64,000 nt of DNA, from the NCBI GenBank assembly GCA_964016885.1, contig OZ024741.1, positions 179,366,001 to 179,430,000 on the forward strand, read 5' to 3'. A program made the position numbers and the translations under genes. This document shows positions 55,487 through 64,000 of the stretch, one piece after another. The DNA comes from Eledone cirrhosa. Lineage: Eukaryota. How positions within the stretch are numbered: position 1 is the stretch's first letter; every line of letters starts with the position of its first letter. The notes below the pieces were generated by a model that was not told the DNA's origin, made no database searches, and worked only from the letters and a program-made list of their open reading frames with translations.

Positions 55487-56602
55487 AGACAAGAAGTATT
55501 AACGGCCAGAACAAACCAAAACTCAGAAGAACAGGGAATTTATATCTATGAAAACTTAGGAAAGACATCATGTAAATATATGCTAAAGCTAAAAGTGTGT
55601 ATTTGCAAATATAGACTATAGGGCAAGAGAGCGAGTAATATGTCAAACCCACGTTGAAAGTACAGTATAAGACAAATACATGAAACACAACATGGTAATA
55701 CAATGTGAGAATTATAATAAGATATAGAATACAATATAATGGATAATGAATACAATATAATGGATAATAAGAAATAAAAAGCTTAATATATATATATATA
55801 TATATATATATCCATATATATACACATTTACACAGACACATACTAACACTTATTTAAATATTTAAATATAAATAAACTCTTTATAATATAATAATCATTA
55901 TAATAGAATAACCACCCTGACGGTGTGCATAAACAATACCAAAAACAATGGAATAATATACTGACATTACAAAATATATAAAACTACATCATACGTATCA
56001 TTTAAGGTCAACAATTTGTATATAAAGTTTTTCACAGGGTAAGAAAAAATATCAAATAAAAATAAAGTATGGTGAAAAAAATATATATAAATATATATAA
56101 TATTGACAATAAATATACAGAGGTATAGGCAGTTCAAATTCATAAAATATTACAAAACAGTACCTCAATATCGGACATATATTTATAATTCAATTACATA
56201 AAAATAATATGACATATTAATGTTAATATTACAATAGCAGACACAGAATCAATGGAAAATGCTTAAGACATATTTACGCGATGAACACAAGGAGACATAT
56301 TATGAGACAATAACAGATGATAGGAAAACAGACAGCATGTGGTAGTAAAAAATAAATAAAATAAAAACGAAGAACAAAAACAAAAACAAGCACAGACACG
56401 TAGGCGTTACAAGTCATTAGGTAAATATAGATGATATTACTATTCTAAATCAAAGAATTGAATTGAAAATCTTATTAAATTAATTAATACTAAAATTGTT
56501 TAAAAGACATCATGGGTCACTTCACATTCAACAGAACCCAAGTCATCAAAGTCGAATAAAATCAAGATATTTCAATAAAAAAGCTAAAAGATCTATCAGG
56601 AT

Positions 56603-58894
56603 ATATTACGATCCGTCCCGACGAATAACGTTATCAAAGAAAAACTTAAGAATATTGTTAAGGATGTTAAAGGGAATAAGTCTATTCTTGTCCCGGCTGA
56701 CAAGACTAAGAATCTTTACTCTATGGATTATATTGCCTACCGTAATTTTATTTATAAGGAGCTACATAAAAATTACAAAAAGACAACGCAGGATAATTTA
56801 GATCAAATTAATAATGAGGGCCTCAAGATAGTTTCCGATCTGGGTCTTGATAAGTATACCCAACCATATTACGCCAGGGAACCGAGATTCACACTTAAGG
56901 ATCATAAGGTAGACTTCTTAAGTAATCCTACTGTTAGACTTATCAGTCCTTCTAAGTCTGATATAGCTATAATTAGTAAGAAAATTCTTGACCTGATTAT
57001 ACCTACCGTTAGGGAAAAGGTTCATTTTAATCTATGGGGGAATACTGTGGATGTTATTGATTGGTTCTCTGGTATTAATAAGCTTAAGTCTAGTAAGTTT
57101 ATCCAGTTTGATATAGACGCCTACTACACGTCGATATCACCTATCCTCCTTAATAAAGCCTTAATTATGGCCATGCGAATGTCTAGTCTTACGAGACCCC
57201 AGATTGATGTTATACTAGCCGCCCGTAGGACTATCATCAAATTCGAGGATACACTTTGGACGCGTAAAAACACACCCAACAACTTTGACGTTACCATGGG
57301 TTCGAGTGATTCTGCGCAGGTAACTGATCTTGTTGGGCTGTACCTCTTGAACGAACTTTATGTTAGCTTTCCGCACCTTAAAGGTGGACTTTATCGTGAC
57401 GATGCATTATTTGTGATAAACTCTAGTACTAATAGCATTGAACATACTAGGAAGAAGTTATATAAATTTTTTTTAAATGTTAACCTTTCGATCACGATTG
57501 ATAAGAATGATAGAGCAGTTAACTTTTTAGATGTGACATTGGACTTGGTCACTAATGATTATAAACCCTTCCACAAGCCAAATGAGACACTCTCTTACGT
57601 TAATCCTAATTCCAACCACCCTAATTCTATGATTAGTTCTATTATTAATGGTGTATCTAATAGAATCTCCACACTCTCTAAAAATATAGGAATCTTTAAT
57701 TCACATGCTGAGTATTATAATAATGCCCTAACCAATTCTGGTTACTCTGGTAGAATACATTATAAAGATGACAATCTTGGAATTACTCCGATTACCCATA
57801 ATAACGTGATATCCCATAATATGGCTTTGAACGGGAGAAGAAAATTTAGGAATCATAGAAATTTTATAGATATATCCAAACCGAACCCTATGTATAGCTA
57901 CCGCAATAGTAATCGTAATAGTCAGTCTAATGGTACACATTTCGAGATTAGTTCTAATAGGCACGATAGGCGCTATGTACGTTCACCCAGTGGTAATGTT
58001 TTAACGGCTTCTAATAGTGTTAATTCAACTGGTCCTCGTATTAACCCTGATCCTAATAATAGGATACGAGATAGAAATAGAAATAGTAAAGGTAAGAATA
58101 GGAGGAGGCTCAATACTTACTTTAACCCGCCTTATAATCATGAAGTATTAACTAATATCCCTAGGTCTTTCTTTTCTATTTTAGAGAAAAATTTCCCTCC
58201 TACTAATAAATACCATAGTGTCTTTAATAAGAATGTAATTAAACTCTCCTTCTCTACCACCTCTAACATTAATTCTCATCTAGCTAGTACTAATAATAGG
58301 AAAATTAGGGACAGCTACTGCTCTTTGCTTACCATTAATCTAGATAGCTCTAATAATAACTTACCACCCGAGCAGATCTTATCTTCTAATAACCCTAGGA
58401 ATAATGCATCGCGTAATCAGCTAATCACTAGTACCCGGAAGTGTAACTGTAGATTAAGTAATAACTGCCTTTTGAATGGTCACTGCCTCTCTATGAATAT
58501 TGTTTATGCATGTGAAGTTAAGACTAATTCTTCTTGTAGAACATATATAGGCTCCACATCTAATACTTTAAAAACTAGGTTTAATTCACATGTTTCTAAT
58601 TTTAAGCATATCAAGTTTAAGAACTCTACTTCTTTGGCACACCATATCTGGGATTTAAAAGGGGCTGGTATACCATATAGCCTAAATTGGCGTATAGTAG
58701 CACAATCTAATCACCTTTCAACACACGCTAAATTCTGTAATCTTTGTATCTTAGAGACCCACTCTATAATTTTCTCTAGGAACGTATTACTTAATAGAAA
58801 ATCTGAAATATTTTCGTCCTGTCCGCATGCTATTTCTAATTCCTTCTTCTATTATAGACCTAAAAACTCTGGTAGTTTAAACCGCATCCATTAG
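56603..58894 (+). CDS. PLE reverse transcriptase + GIY-YIG endonuclease (N-terminally truncated; frame is open upstream of Met 56723)
   Basis: VPADKTKNLY upstream of the Met, TLKDHK, RLISPSKS, FIQFDIDAYYTSI, FDVTMGS, GLYRDD, VNFLDVTLDL, FNPPY, CNCR..CLLNGHC, IVY...TYIG, RFNSH, CNLC..E, LLNRKSE...CPH; no stops or frameshifts. Confidence 0.95.
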   Translation: MLRSVPTNNVIKEKLKNIVKDVKGNKSILVPADKTKNLYSMDYIAYRNFIYKELHKNYKKTTQDNLDQINNEGLKIVSDLGLDKYTQPYYAREPRFTLKDHKVDFLSNPTVRLISPSKSDIAIISKKILDLIIPTVREKVHFNLWGNTVDVIDWFSGINKLKSSKFIQFDIDAYYTSISPILLNKALIMAMRMSSLTRPQIDVILAARRTIIKFEDTLWTRKNTPNNFDVTMGSSDSAQVTDLVGLYLLNELYVSFPHLKGGLYRDDALFVINSSTNSIEHTRKKLYKFFLNVNLSITIDKNDRAVNFLDVTLDLVTNDYKPFHKPNETLSYVNPNSNHPNSMISSIINGVSNRISTLSKNIGIFNSHAEYYNNALTNSGYSGRIHYKDDNLGITPITHNNVISHNMALNGRRKFRNHRNFIDISKPNPMYSYRNSNRNSQSNGTHFEISSNRHDRRYVRSPSGNVLTASNSVNSTGPRINPDPNNRIRDRNRNSKGKNRRRLNTYFNPPYNHEVLTNIPRSFFSILEKNFPPTNKYHSVFNKNVIKLSFSTTSNINSHLASTNNRKIRDSYCSLLTINLDSSNNNLPPEQILSSNNPRNNASRNQLITSTRKCNCRLSNNCLLNGHCLSMNIVYACEVKTNSSCRTYIGSTSNTLKTRFNSHVSNFKHIKFKNSTSLAHHIWDLKGAGIPYSLNWRIVAQSNHLSTHAKFCNLCILETHSIIFSRNVLLNRKSEIFSSCPHAISNSFFYYRPKNSGSLNRIH

Positions 58895-59940
58895 CTGCTA
58901 TATTTCCTTATCTCTTTGGTTTTAGTTCATTATTATCACCATTATTAGTTTTCTACGGTTTTTCGTTTTTAGTTTTCATAGTCTTTTTAGCTATCTTACC
59001 CTATCTATCATCTTAACCATTATTACATTTTTACTCACCATTGTCGCCTTATAAGTTCCTATCTTTATTTTCATCCCTGGTTGGAGGGTATCTTATTGAA
59101 TAGTTTAATTTTAGTCTCCTACATCTAAGGCTAATGAACCTCGTCCTTTCTACACCTAATAGATCTTTTAGCTTTTTTAGTGAAATATCTTGATTTTATT
59201 CGACTTTGATGACTTGGGTTCTGTTCCATGTGAAGTGACCCATGATGTCTTTTAAACAATTTTAGTATTAATTAATTTAATAAGATTTTCAATTCAATTC
59301 TTTGATTTAGAATAGTAATATCATCTATATTTAACTAATGACTTGTAACGCCTACGTGTCTGTGCTTGTTTTTGTTTTTGTTCTTCGTTTTTATTTTATT
59401 TATTTTTTACTACCACATGCTGTCTGTTTTCCTATCATCTGTTATTGTCTCATAATATGTCTCCTTGTGTTCATCGCGTAAATATGTCTTAAGCATTTTC
59501 CATTGATTCTGTGTCTGCTATTGTAATATTAACATTAATATGTCATATTATTTTTATGTAATTGAATTATAAATATATGTCCGATATTGAGGTACTGTTT
59601 TGTAATATTTTATGAATTTGAATTGCCTATACCTCTGTATATTTATTGTCAATATTATATATATTTATATATAGTTTTTCACAATACTTTATTTTTATTT
59701 GATATTTTTTCTCACCCTGTGAAAAACTTTATATACAAATTGTTGACCTTAAATGATACGCATGATGTAGTTTTATATATTTTTTAATGTCAGTATATTA
59801 TTCCATTGTTTTTGGTATTGTTTATGCACACCGTCAGGGTGGTTATTCTATTATAATGATTATTATATTATAAAGAGTACATTTATATTTAAATATTTAA
59901 ATAAGTGTTAGTATGTGTCTGTGTAAATGTGTATATATAT

Positions 59941-60036
<96 letters not shown>

Positions 60037-60331
60037 CTTTTTATTTCTTATTATCCATTATATTGTATTCATTATCCATTATATTGTATTCTATATCTTA
60101 TTATAATTCTCACATTGTATTACCATGTTGTGTTTCATGTATTTGTCTTATACTGTACTTTCAACGTGGGTTTGACATATTACTCGCTCTCTTGCCCTAT
60201 AGTCTATATTTGCAAATACACACTTTTAGCTTTAGCATATATTTACATGATGTCTTTCCTAAGTTTTCATAGATATAAATTCCCTGTTCTTCTGAGTTTT
60301 GGCTTGTTCTGGCCGTTAATACTTCTTGTCT

Positions 60332-60388
60332 CTTTACTTGCTCTGATGAGTCCCTATGAATGGGATGAAACACTGTCAGCTAATAAAG
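60332..60388 (+). ncRNA. Minimal type I hammerhead ribozyme in PLE 3' region
   Basis: GCT-CTGATGA-GTCCC(tatgaat)GGGAT-GAAAC-act-GTC-AGC; stem I extends via cttta/taaag; GUC cleavage triplet. Confidence 0.85.
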
Positions 60389-60595
60389 AATTTTGATGTA
60401 TTGAAGGCTTCTTTGTTTATTTTTTATAATTTTTATAATTTTTATAATTTTACGGCTCTGTTGAATTACATTGAGCTATACCTTTACTGTCATTTCTCTA
60501 ATACGACGAGTGTGTTTAACTCCAACGCACTCAAGTATTTTAATCTTATATATATATATATATATGTATGTGTATATGTATATATATATATATAA

Positions 60596-62110
60596 AGAAA
60601 CAGTCAGCAAGGTTAGAATTAACAATGAATATAGTGAAGAATTTAGCGTAAAAGTTGGTGTTCATCAAGGCTCTTTCCTTAGCTCCCTTCTATTTACTAT
60701 TGCCCTTCAGGCTATAACAGGAGTTTAAGACTGGCTGCCCATAGGAACTTCTACACACAGATGATCTAACTCTAATAGCTGAATCTATGGCTGAACTAGA
60801 GAAGGAATTCCAAACATGGAAGCAAGGCCTAGAATCAAAAGGCCTTAAAGTTAACTTGTCTAAGACTAAAGTTCTAGTATGTAGAAAAGAAAATAGGGCA
60901 CAGGTGCCCTCTGGGAAATGGTCATGCTCAGTGTGTTGGAAAGGAGTAGGTAGAAATTCCATTTTATGTCCCAAATGCAAACTATGGGTACATAAATGAT
61001 GTAGTGGGATCACAGGTAAGCTATCTAAGAACGTAGATTTTATATGTGGCCGATGCTCGGGTGCAATAAGTAGCAAGTGTGCCCACAGGATACTAGCTCC
61101 TTCTATTGCCCAGATGGTTCTATAGAAATAGTGGACACTTTCCGTTACCTGGGTGACAAAATCAGCAGTGGTGGAGGGTGCTCTGAAAGTACAGTAGCCA
61201 GAGTCAGAACGGGATGGAAAAAGTTCAGAGAGCTTATACCGCTGTTGGCCACTGAAGGTTTCTCTCTAAAAATGAAAGGCAGATTGTATGATCCCTGTAT
61301 ACAAACAGCAATGTTACATGGCAGTGAGACATGGGCATTGTGTGCAGAGGACCTGCGCAGACTGGAAAGGAACGAAGTATGCATGCTCCGTTGGATGTGT
61401 AATAGTAATATACACGAACGGCAAAATATAAATGAACTAAGTGAGAAATTAAGAATAGAGGGATCAGATGCTGTTTACTTGAGAGGAGACTACATTGGTA
61501 TGGTCACGTGATGCACATGAAAGATGACAGCTGTATAAAAAAGTGCAGTGCAATCAAAATTGCTGGAAGTTATGGAGTAAGTAGACCCAAAAAAACCTGG
61601 GACGATTTGATAAATTCCAACCTTACACACTTGCACCTCTGTAAGACAATGTCACTGGACCGAGATCTTTGGTGCCACACAATAATACAGAAGACCCGCC
61701 TTGCCTGTGTACAAAGCGAAACCTACAGTCAGTAGGCACCTCTTAACCAAATATACACCCCAACCCACTACCCCTACACCATCCTCCCACTCCCACCAAC
61801 ACCACCCTTCCTCTGTAAAGTTATGTTGGTACCACAACATCCAGTCCAAACTAATGAGGTTGTGTAGGTGTCACGACAAAAAAAAACAGTCCACGCTGTA
61901 ATGTGGTCGTGTAGGTAACACGGTAAAAAGCTCCCAGTCCACACTATAAATGTGGTTGGTGTTAGGAAGGGCATCCAGCCGTAGAAAACCTGCCAGATAG
62001 TCCTATATGAGCGAGACATGGTCACCCAACCAATCTTGCCTCAAGTGAGAGAATTCCCGTCTAACTCATACTAGCAAGGAAGATAGACGTTAAACAATGA
62101 TGATGATGAT
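60596..62110 (+). mobile_element. RTE LINE, 5'-truncated and decayed (RT C-half plus 3' tail ending (GAT)n)
   Basis: [54 protein letters not shown]; tail ...gacgttaaacaatgatgatgat. Confidence 0.9.
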
Positions 62111-62671
62111 ACACAAAAGGCAAAGAAATCACAAAGCAAACGACACAGTACAATGAAGAAATATATTATTAGATTTAAGCTTGATATAGTAGGAACAGAG
62201 TCTTAACGTTTCAGGTGCGACTGCTTCATTAGAAAAGAAGAAATTGAGGAGACGGGCTGGGCAGAAACAGAAAAACATTTTTTAGAGAAAAATAACATGT
62301 CCATTCATGTTGCCAGCGCTTGGAAAACTGTAGATGCAAGTGTTTGAAAGGGAAAAAAACGTTTTGTATATAGAGCTGTAGGTCTGCGCATGCATATATG
62401 TGTGCGTGTGTGTGTACAGAGCTGTGAAGGTACATATAGAGCTGTGTGTGCATTTTTTTGTTGGTCTGTATAGGCTGTAAGAGTTTATGTTTCTGACCAT
62501 AACAAAGCCATAGGGAGTGAATGTATGTGCGCATGTGCAACAACGGATGGGGTAAAGGTGACAGTGGCAAGGGATAGAGAAGTAAGGACAACCGTATATG
62601 GGTAAGATTAAAGAAATTAGTGAGGGGAGTTGAGTCCATTGGGGAAACTTGTCCCAAAGCAGAAAATCAGA

Positions 62672-62721
<50 letters not shown>

Positions 62722-62889
62722 GATAGAACCAGTTTTAAACTAGTTAAAGCATTACTCAACAAAGTACTCGTTACTTGGGATAGTAGAGTATGGCTATATC
62801 ATAAATAGTCAGGCCCCAACTCTTTATTATATATATCCATATATAACCCATGCTAGTGTGGAAGATGGATGTTAAATAATGATATGTAT

Positions 62890-63480
62890 ATATAACAATG
62901 GTAGCACCATTTATCCAGACACAAATATTCGTATAGAGACATCAGATCAATAAGAAGCTGACCATCAATCCCATACTTCTACAGAACCTCCCACAGAAGG
63001 TCCCATGGAATGCAGTCATATGCCTTTTTGAGGTTGACAAAGCTAGAATACACCTCTTGACAGTACTCCCATGATTTTTAAAAGAACTTCCGCAGTGTGA
63101 ATATTTAGTCAACTGTGCTGCATCAGGGGTAAAAAATCACACTGTTCATTAGCTAGCTTGGACTTGACAATCTTCCTACATCTCTTGTCCAAATACTTAG
63201 CATAGACTTTACCAGGGAGGCTTAACAAGGTGATCTCCCTGTAATTGAAGCAATCCCTCTTGTCTCCCTTTCCAGAGATCAGGGCCACCCAGCACACTTG
63301 AGTCAGCCAAAGAATAACTTTCTCTATTTAAGGCTTTTAACATCTCGGACTGGATTTCATCCTCACTGGCGGCCTTACCACATTTGAGCATTTTAATTTC
63401 TCTTCTGACTTGAGCCTCTGAGAGATTATTCACCACTCCCAGATGTACTTTGTGTACATCAGTAGATGCTGTTTTGATGA
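62890..63480 (-). mobile_element. RTE-clade RT fragment (distinct family)
   Basis: IKMLKCGKAASEDEI.SEMLKAL, KGDKRDCFNYREITLLSLPGKVYAK. Confidence 0.8.
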
Positions 63481-63639
63481 TTTAGGGGATCAGCAATTTA
63501 TTCTCTCCACCTCGTGAAAATGCACCTCTCTGAAGATAAGAGAACCCCAGATGTGTTCCTTATAGAATGTGTAGAGGAGGACTTCTTATTACAAAGTTGG
63601 CCGATTGTCTGCCAGAACACTTTATTTGCTGATCTAAAG

Positions 63640-63676
<37 letters not shown>

Positions 63677-64000
63677 TTAACGTCTATCTTCCACGCTAGC
63701 ATGGGTTTAGATGGGAATTGTCCCGCTTGAGGCAAGATTTGTCGTCTCGCTTGTATCCATGTCTTAACTTTGGACGCCTTTACTGTCTCTGCTCCAATTC
63801 TTTATGTCAGCTTGTACTGCAAGTGCAAGAAGGAGAACTTATTTCCAAACCAAGCTTTGTAGGCTTCCTTCTTTGTTCAGATGAGATCTTTGACTTCTTA
63901 ATTGAACGAAGGGATGGTCATGCCATCTGGGACCACACAAAGCCTCATTCGCCCACAGCATGTAACAGCTGAGGCAGAAACTGCTGAGCTGAACAATCTC

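Larger units (their letters stand above)
55374..60547 (+). mobile_element. Penelope-like element (C-terminal EN+, probably Hydra-type), 5'-truncated with an inverted copy of its 3' region, inserted in (TA)n
   Basis: RT+GIY-YIG ORF; 55374-56600 is the reverse complement of 59155-60443; ~100-nt unique 3' tail (60444-60547); TA tracts on both sides; hammerhead in each arm. Confidence 0.93.

Noticed and set aside
55374-60443. DNA transposon with long TIRs
   Set aside because: The enclosed ORF is an RT+GIY-YIG truncated at the inner junction and the arms are asymmetric (unique 3' tail), which is a PLE inversion.

Overview
AT-rich eukaryotic (animal) genomic DNA. It is most likely a cephalopod such as octopus, inferred from kb-scale (TA)n/(TACA)n microsatellites, tRNA-headed CORE-like SINEs with RTE tails and mollusc-like gene content. 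The only host gene I can support is the 5' part of an ADAM10/kuzbanian-like metalloprotease on the minus strand. Seven coding exons splice in frame (51513-51396, 13983-13848, 12020-11899, 7950-7776, 3216-3084, 1424-1284, 39-1) across a ~37 kb first intron; most are missing from the ORF track. The rest is largely mobile DNA: RTE LINE fragments and partner SINEs, a decayed DD37D Tc1/mariner, a hAT/Buster remnant, TTAA MITEs and a 5'-truncated Penelope-like element (PLE; RT + C-terminal GIY-YIG) with ~1.25 kb inverted arms that each carry a hammerhead ribozyme. The most interesting signal is a set of hammerhead-bearing non-coding elements inserted in (TA)n tracts: a near-perfect 4x483-bp retrozyme-like array and several 100-200 bp fold-back elements. 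Complete copies share the PLE layout [(TA)n - inverted arm - sense copy - non-duplicated 3' tail - (TA)n], and several share a CTCT...ATTGAGTAC tail motif. This suggests a PLE-driven system of non-autonomous ribozyme RNAs. All structures were folded by eye and no database searches were run. The long Y/I/H/T/C/M/V-rich ORFs are microsatellite artefacts.
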